Of a stretch of 64,000 bases of DNA, positions 11,601 through 22,421 are shown in pieces. The number at the start of each line of letters is the position of its first letter. The stretch's first letter is position 1. A model generated the notes under the pieces. That model saw only the letters and a list, made by a program, of their open reading frames with translations. It did no database searches and was not told the DNA's origin. The translations under genes were made by a program, and so were the position numbers. Where the stretch lies: the NCBI RefSeq assembly GCF_964204645.1, contig NC_134033.1, positions 4,364,231 through 4,428,230 on the forward strand. Direction: 5' to 3'. The stretch comes from Tubulanus polymorphus. Taxonomy: Eukaryota; Animalia; Nemertea.

Positions 11601-14600
11601 AAAATGGCAGGTAAAATGAATGTATACAAATATGAATAAGAAAAGGGAGATTTTTTATAAATGAAATAATATTCTTTTTTACAAAACAGAATGATGGTTA
11701 TTACACGTGGACTGACGGTAAACCATTGAGCTACACAGAGTGGTATAAACCTGTCATTAATGAAACGATACCAGAAGTTATTCGAGGATTGATATCTCCG
11801 CTAAGGAAACAACCGATAAATGACGTCAATATGCCGTGTACGGCGATGATACTGAATAATCCACGAGGATCCGCGAACTGGGTTCGATTCCCGTGTCAAA
11901 TCGAGGAGACGCACACGACATTCATTTGTGAATCTGAGAGAATCGACATCAAAAACAAACACAATTATACGATAAACAATGCGAACAATTCAACAAATAC
12001 AAACTTAAATAAAACCATAGATCGAATGATTCGTAATGATACTTTAATTAATTCAACCTGTCCAAGAGGTTGGGTAACTATTTCTGGACAATGTTATCAA
12101 ATACTAACCGACTGGAAAAACTATCGAGGTTTGAATATTCGGAGTGCTAGAAAAATGTGTAACAGCATCCGCGCCGAGATAGTAAGACTCACTTCAAACA
12201 CGGAAAGCGATATCAAACATTTTCTAAGCAGATTTCAATATCGACACCAATTTGGCGCTATAATGACAACTGACCGAGACGGATTTAAAGCTATCGAACC
12301 ATTGGTGACCAGAAATGAAATTACGTATATTCAATCAGTTAAATGGTTATTGAAACCTTTCGATGATACAAAAGATAAAGTGCATTCCGTGTTGTGTACC
12401 TATAATGTAACTGGTGAAGAGTTATTTTCTATGAGCGGTTGTAAATCGTGGCAGTTTGAATGTAACGATCAAAGATGTATCAGCGACCATCGCGTATGTG
12501 ATACCAGACACGACTGTCAACACGGTGAAGATGAACTCGATTGTACGGATATCAATTTACACAGTCAGTTCCGCTGTAACGATGGACAGGTTATATCGAT
12601 TAGCGGTTTCTGTGACTTCGTGAGAGATTGCGTCGATGGCTCGGATGAGAACTCGTGCTTTCATCCAACGTGTTTATCTACGCAATATCGCTGTTCTAAT
12701 CACCAATGCATCGATAGGTATAAACGATGTGACGGACTAGCCAACTGTAAAGACGGCTCCGATGAGATAGGGTGCATAGTTGAACTGTGTCAGGGGTTCT
12801 CATGCGCGGACGGTGGATGTATTAGTTCTCAGTTGTATCGGGATGGTGTCGTGGATTGTAGCGGAAGTCTCGAAGAAGACGAATTGGTAACTAATATGAC
12901 AGTGGATCCCGAGGTTTACTGTAATAATGACAATCACTGTACGACTCGTTTCACGGACCTGTGTAAGGAATCGGATGAACAAAGATGTTCGTTCAATTCT
13001 CCTCGCTGTTATTCCCGACACGAAAGGTGTATTTTAGAAAGGATGCCGATTGGTTTCCCGGTATGTAGAAATCTTGAACATATACTCGCGTGTAATGACT
13101 TCGAATGCGCGGCTGGTACTGTAAAATGTCCGGCATCTTACTGTATACCGATCAGACACGTTTGTGACGGTCGATCCGATTGTCCTAATTCAGAAGATGA
13201 ACGAAACTGCGAGACTTGGTCGTGTCCGGGAATGTTTAAATGTGGCCAGGAAAATCGATGTATTCCGCAATCTGAAGTTTGTGACGGTGTCGTTAATTGT
13301 AAATATAACTCGGATGACGAGTCATACTGTAAGGTCACGTGTCCCGAACGTTGTAATTGCCGGGGTCATTTCATCGATTGTGAAAATGCTCTTTTATCAG
13401 ATATTACTGGTCGTTTTATAGAATCAACTCGGGTTTTGATTTTGTCGAATAACCGAGTCGTATTTAACGAGTCGACATTCAACTCTTTCATATATCTTCG
13501 TTTTCTCGATGTTTCGGGCAATAATTTGTCTTACATCGTTCCAAACGCATTTTCTAATCTAAACAATCTATACACATTAGAACTTACCCACAACCGCATT
13601 ACATCATTATCTGCTAATACATTCGCAGGTTTGATCGGTTTGAAAGAACTATTTCTTATCGGAAATCCGCTGCAACATTTAGAAGACGGTAGTTTCCGAG
13701 GTCTGACGTCACTTACTGTTCTCGATCTTCACGGACTTTCTATATCGGGTCTCGGTGAAAATGTATTTAAAGGTTTATCCGCATTACAGTCGTTAAATAT
13801 CAGCAGTAATAGAATCCATTACATTTCGAGCTATGCATTTGCTGGATTAGTTGGACTTGAAATTCTAGACCTCGTCAAAAATGCCGAAGTAATATTTGTA
13901 AAAAGAAACGTTCTTGGCGATCTAACATCATTGAAATACCTCGCTTCGGATGCATACAAATTTTGCTGCATGGCTCCGATTGTTGATCGATGTCTTCCCG
14001 AAGCTGATCAATTTTCGACCTGCTCTGACCTGATGGGTAACGCTGTACTGAGGGCCATCATCTGGATGATCGCGTCTTTCAGTTTTCTCGCTAACAGTAT
14101 CGTTATTGTATTTCGCGTTCAAGCTTTGCGGATGGAATCCTCCGGAACACGTAACACATCTTCAGATATCATCATCATAAATATTGCCGGTTGTGATCTT
14201 CTGATGTCGGTCTATTTGTTTTTGATCGCAGGAGCTGACCACGCCTTTCAAGACGTTTATTATCTGAATTCTGAAACCTGGACGGATAGCTCATTATGCC
14301 GTCTCTCCGGGGTTATTGTCACCGTTTCGTGCGAAGGTTCCTTGACTTTTCTTTTATTTTTAACTCGTCAGAGATATTCAAATATCGTCAACCCATTTTC
14401 TAGAAGTCCAATTATAACTGCAAAATACGTTATCGGTATTTGTTGCATTTGTTGGCTCGTTTTAAGCACAGTTTCTAGTCTACCGCTGTCATCGTCGTCT
14501 TACTTCGGAGACAATTTTTACGGTACAACCGGAGTTTGTTTGCCTATGAATTTACTGACGATCGACGTCAATGGTTGGGTCTATTCATTCGCTATTTTTG

Positions 14601-14959
14601 CCTTGCTTAATGCGGTCATTCTGGCTACGATAATGATAACGTACGCTCAGATGTATAGACTCGTTTCTGGAAGTAGGTCGGGCTCGGGTAGAGCCGATCC
14701 TACCGAACTGGTTTTAGCTCGAAGGAGTTTAGTAATCAATCTTTGTAATTTATTTTGCTGGCTACCGATAATAATCGTTCAGTTTTGCGCTGTATTTTCG
14801 GTCGAGATACCGAACCAGGTGGCTGCTTGGCTGGCCGTTCTATTTTTACCGATCAACTCGTCTCTGAATCCGCTTCTTTATACAATACTAACTATCGATG
14901 TGAAATCTATTCGTGAACGCAATAAACGACGACTAGGATTGACGACATCCAGTAAATAA
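8661..14959 (+). CDS. GRL101/LGR-like giant GPCR, copy B, apparently intact (~1946 aa): signal peptide, CUB-like domains, 2 C-type lectin domains, ~7 LDLa, LRRNT/LRRs, rhodopsin-type 7TM
   Basis: Exons 8661-9887, 10267-11610 and 11690-14959; both introns are GT-AG and phase 0. Motifs include MKALFVVLLIAC (signal), SGYIVSPNYP (CUB), WENAEIYC..WTDG (CTL), CDG..DC.DGSDE (LDLa), LxxLxLxxN repeats, KFCC..C.P..D.FSTCSDL hinge and NPLLY. Confidence 0.9.
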
Positions 14960-16285
14960 ACAATATAAAGCTATATCTATGTTAAATATTTATTTTTCTC
15001 GTACGAATCCGATTCATTGAAACAAACCGTTTCATTATTCCAAGACGTTTTGTCTCAAATTTCTCTAATCGATTTAATGCGATTTTGAAAAAGATTCAAT
15101 TCAAGCAATGCGTATTCAAAGTAAACATTTCAAGTCGGCTCAATCGATTTCTAAAAATCCGGTGTAGTTACTGTTTATTCAACTCAAGAAAAATATCCGA
15201 TCACCTGACATCTCTACTTTTAGAGGTTTTAACATAAAATAAGAATGATTTGACATCAAATCATTTGATATTCTGATCTTTTATAATAGTTTGTTATCCT
15301 TCGGATTTGTCGAGAAACTACTCTCAAATATGAATTGAAGTCTTCGAAAATAGAAGTTTATTGAAAATGAATAATTAATTATTCCGATTTTGAGAGTTTT
15401 TCGATATCTACGGTATAGCTCTTTAAAATAGTAAAAACTACTCTCAAATAGTATACTATTGGAAAGTAGTTACTACTATTTTTACGACTATAGTGACTGT
15501 CGTAGTTAGATCCGCAAACCAAATCAAATCAGTTCGATCAAACCGGTCTGAGCAGTTGTATTTATTTCAGTAAACCTTAATCGTTTATGCTAAATTAATG
15601 CGTCTTAGGAAACGGTCCAATCGAAACCCATGCATTGACTGGTAATGATTTACGACGATTACGATTGGATATCAATTTTTTATTTCCAACGAAATCAACA
15701 ACATATTACAAACCACAAATCTTTTGTATTTGAAGTTTTAGTTCAGTAGAGCGCGGTTCATAATTTTAAACGAAATTTACCCGATACATATTTCGTGGCC
15801 TATTTAGCTACTTCGCGTCATAGTTTCATTACCGGTTCGAACCCGGGACCCGGTGATCGTGGACGGCTTACATAATGTCCTGTTTCTCTGAACGGCAGGA
15901 ATACTGTTTAAGAGGTGACCGGGTTGTCGATGATAAATGAAATAAGAGTTGAACGTTGGAAAATATCGTGAAGTAAAGCAAACGTTTTCAAACTAGTTTT
16001 TTGACCCAAACCCGGGAGTTTCGTTTTTGACAACGAAACAACTGTTACAATAATGTTTAATGTACATTGATATAGTATAAGGGGTTCTGTGTGATTCGAT
16101 GTGCACTACGTCAAGTGAGCGTTTGAGCATGTTTATTTGTAGTTAGATATTAAGAGGCCGGCTTGATCTGGAGCCCTACACTATGATTATATAAGCTAGA
16201 ATCAGGGTTGTCAAGAAGCCTTATGTTAATCTCCCAATCAGTAAAACGTAAAACCCAGTCACTTTATAGGTTACTCACACAGGGA

Positions 16286-16339
16286 CTTGTTTACCCGATG
16301 AAGCCACTATACTAGTAGCAAAACTCGTATCTAAATAAG
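16286..16339 (+). ncRNA. Degenerate type I hammerhead-ribozyme-like motif (Penelope-type remnant)
   Basis: Stem I cttgttta/taaataag encloses ccgatga (CUGANGA variant), stem II gccacta-tac-tagtagc and aaaa (GAAA variant). Two core substitutions suggest it is inactive. Confidence 0.4.
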
Positions 16340-16414
16340 ACAAAAATACACTACGCTGTCTTTATATATTTCACTGAATAAACAAAAATGTTGTATGAAA
16401 CTTGAAATCAGTGG

Positions 16415-17415
16415 TTATCTGACTGAATCTCTACAGCGGATTTGCATACAGAAATATTCGCGAATTTCTCGTCGCAGTAAAAGATATATGTATACCACAA
16501 AATTACACATTTGATATATTAGTATGGATACCGTTACCGAACTAGCAGTTAATCGTCTCAAAAGTGCGCTTAAAAACTATACAACTGTGACTAGATTGGA
16601 AGCAGGATGGTTTTGCATTTTTTTAATAAGTCATACAGAAATTATCTGTGTTTCTGTGAGACTTGTAAAAATGTAGTAATAGTGGAAGGAAGTGTAAATA
16701 TTGCGAATGCGAGTGAAACTGTTACAAGCATTATTGTCGTGCGTTTTGATTTTGTAGATTTCTGATCGGACGAAAACAATTACGAATCTCTAAATAACTG
16801 ATGTATTTTAACAGAACTTGATGTTAGTAGAATTAAATGTAAAATGTAAATATGAATGACAATTATGGGGAAAAATTTAATTTGGTCAAATAATTCGCGG
16901 TAACATCCGAAAAACTGATCGGTAAAATGTAGCGACAAAGAAGATGATATAACCAGCGAATTCACTGCAGTAATTATCAACATAGTAAATCTAGCGAATA
17001 TCGGTGTACATCAAACGAGATGTGAACGGGAAGAGCACAAATGCCGCACGCTCTAGATATATGGCTATTATTAACCACGAACTATTGCTTGCTGCGAGTA
17101 TGATTACAAATTCATAAATTTGACAACTGATCAGTGAATCCATGATGAATATAGGCTCATCTCAAACGCGCAAGAGAACAAACTGTAAAATGGGCATCAG
17201 CGTAAAACTGATACAGTACATAAAATCACTGATTGACAATACGATCAGATAGTTAGCTTAGAAAGTAGCTGAATTTCAAAATGTTCAAATAAGATCAGGG
17301 TAGGAGGAATGACCAATGATACAGTAAGGCAGACTCCGGACCTGTTCACTACAGACATGATGATAATGATTTAACTGATATAAGTTCGACCAATGTGCAT
17401 TAGAGTAGATTTCAT
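16415..17415 (-). pseudogene. Decayed class A GPCR, inverted paralog of 48379-49329
   Basis: Minus strand reads MKSTLMHIGRTYIS*...MSVVNRSG, LHFTDQFFGCY and YIYLLLRREIREYFC, collinear with 48379-49329 but with stops, frameshifts and deletions. Confidence 0.88.
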
Positions 17416-17670
17416 TATTCATGAGGCTCGAAATTAGAATCGAATGGAAGTGTAACTGTCCTGTAAGATTTATTCTTAATAGCGAATAGAAAATCTATTC
17501 TCCGAAATCTAACACAATCTACTGGTATGTTGTGAAACTTACTGCGTGAAATAAAAATTCAACTTAGTCAAATGAAAATACACAACATGCGAGAATTCAT
17601 CGTATTTAAAAACATTTGAACGGGTTAAATGTATCTCAGTTCTATACACAGGAATTACAGGTAAATAGCA

Positions 17671-18296
17671 TCAGGTGTGGTGCCAAGTGATTTCAGGTGT
17701 GGTGACTGGTGATTTCGGGTGTGGTGAATGGTGATTTCAGGTGTGGTGCCTTGTGATTTCAGGTGTGGTGAATGGTGATTTCAGGTGTGGTGCCAAGTGA
17801 TTTCAGGTGTGGTGAGTGGTGATTCCAGGTGTGGTAACCGGTGATTTCAGGTGTGGTGACCGGTTATTTCAGGTGTGGTAACCGGTGATTTCAGGTGTGG
17901 TGACCGGTTATTTCAGGTGTGGTGCCAAGTGATTTCGGGTGTGGTGAATGGTGATTTCAGGTGTGGTGCCTTGTGATTTCAGGTGTGGTGAGTGGTGATT
18001 CCAGGTGTGGTAACCGGTGATTTCAGGTGTGGTGACCGGTTATTTCAGGTGTGGTAAACGGTGATTTCAGGTGTGGTGACCGGTTATTTCAGGTGTGGTG
18101 CCAAGTGATTTCGGGTGTGGTGAATGGTGATTTCAGGTGTGGTGCCTTGTGATTTCAGGTGTGGTGAATAGTGATTTCAGGTGTGGTGCCTTGTGATTTC
18201 AGGTGTGGTGACTGGTGATTTCGGGTGAAGTGGCTAGTGACTTCAGGTGTGGTGCCTTGTGATTTCAGGAGTGGTGACTGGTGAATTCAGGGGTGA
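17671..18296. repeat. 22-bp minisatellite (consensus GTGATTTCAGGTGTGGTG+NNNN), ~28 copies
   Basis: GATTTC recurs at 17689, 17711, 17733 and onward; has a 176-bp higher-order period. Confidence 0.95.
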
Positions 18297-18456
18297 TGAT
18301 TAAGTTCATCACTAAGAATGACGTCAAACGGACGATATCTCCCCCGGCGCGAGCTGATGGCTAAAAGTAAATACAAGAATGAGCCCTCGCCTCGCCTAAA
18401 TTTTCATGTGGGAGACTAAAAATCTAGATGCAAGTTAATTGAATATGAACGTAATA

Positions 18457-18821
18457 TTTTGCCTTGTTTAATGCGGCCATATTGGCTACGATAATGATGA
18501 AGTACGCTCAGATGTATAGACTCGTTTCTGGAAGTAGGTCGGGCTCGGGTAGAGCCGATCTTACCGAACTGGTTTTAGCTCGAAGGAGTTTAGTAATCAA
18601 TCTTTTGTAATTTATTTTGCTGGCTACCGATAATAATCGTTCAGTTTTGCGCCGTATTTTCGGTCGAGATACCGAACCAGGTAGCCGCTTGGCTGGTAGT
18701 TCTATTTTTACCGATCAACTCGTCTCTGAATCCGCTTCTTGATACTATACTAATTATCGATATGAAATCTATTCGTGAACGCAATAAACGACGACTAGGA
18801 TTGACGACATCCAGTAAATAA
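18457..18821 (+). pseudogene. GRL101-like 3' fragment (TM5 to stop codon)
   Basis: Matches ~14595-14959 with a frameshift (tcttttgt); homology ends at the stop codon. Confidence 0.9.
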
Positions 18822-18908
18822 AACGCAGTTTACACGAGTCCCTGTGTTGATCGTCACAATTATAACGACTTCAACAGTGAATTGTAAAACTTTTTGATTT
18901 AATCTTAT

Positions 18909-19637
18909 TGACAACGAGAGGGTTGTGAAATTTGAGGAACTGACTCCGTGAAATTAAAATACACAGATACCTACCTACCTAGGGTCGCCGTGACAAAAAT
19001 AAAACAGCAAGAAATGGCTTTAAAATAATGACTTAAAATGTCGTAGCCACTATTATCTACAGAATAATTTCAATACATTGTTGAATCTAATTCTGTTTTA
19101 TGTAATAAGTTTCTATGTTTGCAATAAAACACTGATGTTCATTGGTACGAAAACAACCGCTCCTATTACGAGAATATAAAATTGAGAGGAGACCCAAAAA
19201 TATCAAGAAGCGAGTGATTTGAATCATCAATTAAAAAACCGCTAAAAATATACCCGAGAAATAGTGACAGCGACAACAAACAGCGCGCACCCGAAATCAG
19301 CCAAATATCAATGAATTAATTCAACCAAATAAACCAGAAACCTAGGTACCACAGGAATAGGGCGCGACCGGGTTGGGTGAGTTGATGGGTGCTGTCTGAA
19401 CCTGAAACCAGTTGTACGTAAGTAAATGTCATTTGTATTTTATAAGAAAGTAGAGTTGAGTACTGTTCAACTCTTCATCTTACTCAAATCACACTTAACT
19501 CACAAACTGTCAAACATTGCCAATCCAGTTCATTTGTAAATAAATGCGACTTTTACTGTTGAATAGATACACTTTAATTTATGACTGTATTTTACATCAA
19601 CAGCTGAAATTATGTTTTAATTCAAAAGATCTCTATC
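18909..19637 (+). repeat. Partial copy of local ~2-kb repeat R
   Basis: Aligns by eye to 32901-33617 and 57033-57688. Confidence 0.85.
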
Positions 19638-21615
19638 TTTACTTCTTGGACTGGATCATGGCAATATCTAATAGAATCATGGGACAAATATATCAAATCT
19701 CAAATCAGTTTTGGTCAAATTTGATATGAAATGTCCTCCCTAAGATCTGATGAAATGAGGTTTCACGTCGGCTGTGATAATGTCATGTTCTCTCTCTCTT
19801 GACTGGAGATGAACCTGGAGCTGATGTGGACTGTCAGCTACCCTAAGTTTACAATATTTTATTTCAACCGCCGATCGAACAACTAATTTGATTTCCGATT
19901 TCAAAATGAAACCCCCTGTTTCACTCCCGGCAGGTGTGGTGGGTTTGTTACGGACACCAAATCAAAGCAAATCAGACGAAATCTACCAATCAAATAAATA
20001 ACTGGATCGATCCTTATTTTAAAGATAAAAAAGCGTCGATAGCTCTCTAAAGGGGCTCCACGGAAATTCTGGCATAATAACCAGGCACTAGATGGCACTC
20101 ATTGAGAGATTAAAAAAGAAACCACCCGGCGTGTTCTTAATATAAGACAAGAGTCAGAGACCCTAATCTATGAACTTTATCAAAATGACAATTCTAAGCA
20201 TAGAATTGAGTAACAGGGACCTGAATGAAAATTTTCTGGTATTTTTTACCTGTTGATAGTTCAAGTTTTCAGTTCATCTGATACGCGACGACTCGAGTTA
20301 TTAGATTCTGACCGGTGACGCAAGCGGTGAACGTCTGGAATCCGGCGCACAAACCAAATATCGGGAAATACGTCCCGCCATCGTTCAACTGAAATATCGG
20401 CGCAAAAAGAGGAACTGAATGAATTATTAAGACCGGAAACAAGGTCGCAGATGATATAGATGTAAATCTTCTAAAATATCAAGAGTAAATTCCCAAGCAT
20501 GATTTCAATTTTGACAGTCACACAGAGTTAAGGAGTAAAGCGATGCTTCAGGAATCCTACGACTCAGTTTGTGCTATGGCGAATCTAACTAGTTATCAAT
20601 CCGAAGCCTGTAGATCCTGCAGCTCTCAGACCATCTAGTGACGTCACAAGTATTCGGAACTTCACCCGATACATTTTTGATTGAAGATTAACTATACTGT
20701 ACGTGCGTTATTTTAAACAAACTTTCAAAACATGATCCTTCACATTGATCCTTGGAACGGTCTAACCAGCGGTAGAGTGTGAACGCACCCGGTTGAATAT
20801 TTTGAAGGTGGTTCTCCCTGACTGCAGATTGAACTGAATTAGAATTAAACGATTGAATTTGATCGAATGTCTAATAATAACGTGAAAGACTAAATCGGTT
20901 CATATTCGATACTGGGATGTCGAATACATACCAGAATGGCATTGATCAGTCTGAGAGCGGCTTTAGCGTAGTCCAGAATTCAACGATCATTAGTCCGATC
21001 TCTGGACAGTATCAACCTACGTACAAACGGATACCCAGAAAAATCATTCAACACTAGATTATAACAGACGGGATCATCAGAAGTCCCTCTCCAGGGATTA
21101 ACTAATGAAAGGCCCGTAGCGTACGAAGGTTTCCGATCCGCGCAAAAAATGGGCCTTACACCGAGAGTTGAAACTTACAACTATATTAACATGATACATA
21201 TCGTTATGAAACCACTGCTGCTACACTAACAGATGGGTTTTTTGTAAAACTAGGTTTAAAAAATCAAAGGCTTTTGTACCGTCGAAGATATCAATGATAT
21301 ACATCATTTCACGTTTATATATTTCGTCTCTAAAACGCTTGAATTTATCCATTGTGTAAAACTAAACTTGAGTCGTCTACACGTGTTACAGTTGTTCGAT
21401 GACTTTTGTGCGCGTTGCGATGAAGAAAATACTCGGCACCACCGAATCAATAACGAATAGCGAATAACGTATGACGATTAACCAATAGCGGATAACGTTT
21501 AGCGATTGACGAACAGCGTGGCGGTCCAGGAATTCCGTACGGTTGAGGTTTACAAAAAGAGAGAGATCGTGAAAATATATACATACAAGCATTCATAGAA
21601 TGTGTGCATTTTACG

Positions 21616-21679
21616 CGGTATTCGAAAAACGCCTAATGAAAAACACCGAATCGGAAAACGCATAACGCCTAATTCCTAG
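21616..21679 (+). repeat. Left TIR of MULE
   Basis: Exact reverse complement of 30142-30205. Confidence 0.95.
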
Positions 21680-22421
21680 CAATATCCAAGAAATTGACCT
21701 AAATCCCTACGTGAACTATGTAACGCAAAAAACCGATACGGTCTTTTGCAATAAATTGGATTGACATTTTTACGGTTGAAGAGTGCGTGGAGCCCCGCTT
21801 GTTCCGTTTCTACTAACGTTCGACGTTCGTTTGGTTACGCTACAAAAACACGATTATCGGTACTACGTTTGATTGATTATTCAGCAGTAGGTATTCTTTT
21901 TGATTATTGTTTAATGTTTAACCTTCGTTACTTCTACTACTTGCGTAGGCCGAATAAGTAGTACTATAGGCCTAGCGTCAGCGATGATTTTTTATTTTTG
22001 CTGCTTCAACTTGTTGAATGTTGGAATGTTGGCCTACTTTTTAGCCTCTATCATCCTTCCAATCTACTAACGACTTACAGTATACAGGTCAGCTAAACTA
22101 CTAATATTACACTCAGTTAACCTAACCAAAACTTAGTGGTATTCTAGCCTTTATTATAAAAATGGGATCGAGGACATCAATTAATTATTATAATTTTAAA
22201 AAATGACGTTTATGATTAAAAGGTAAAAGGGTCCATACAGAAGAGGGTTCGAATCTGGAATTTTCTGTAAACCTTTTTCCTTCAATTGTCACGCAGCTCA
22301 GTGATTTTTAGTATTTATCTAATTCTGTATATCTGTATATGTACGTCACCACATTCAATTCACATAGGCCTATGACACTAATTCCTTGTTTCTTCTAGTT
22401 TCACTGTAATTAACCATTCCT

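Noticed and set aside
703-14122. Short antisense ORFs repeated in each GRL101-like copy (e.g. 703-912, 2055-2339, 11376-11585, 12800-13021)
   Set aside because: Shadow ORFs of the sense coding sequence, repeated only because the genes are duplicated.
17671-18296. CRISPR-like array or mucin-coding repeat
   Set aside because: Variable parts are only 4-5 nt and recur; the context is eukaryotic with no cas genes; the 22-bp unit does not keep a reading frame.
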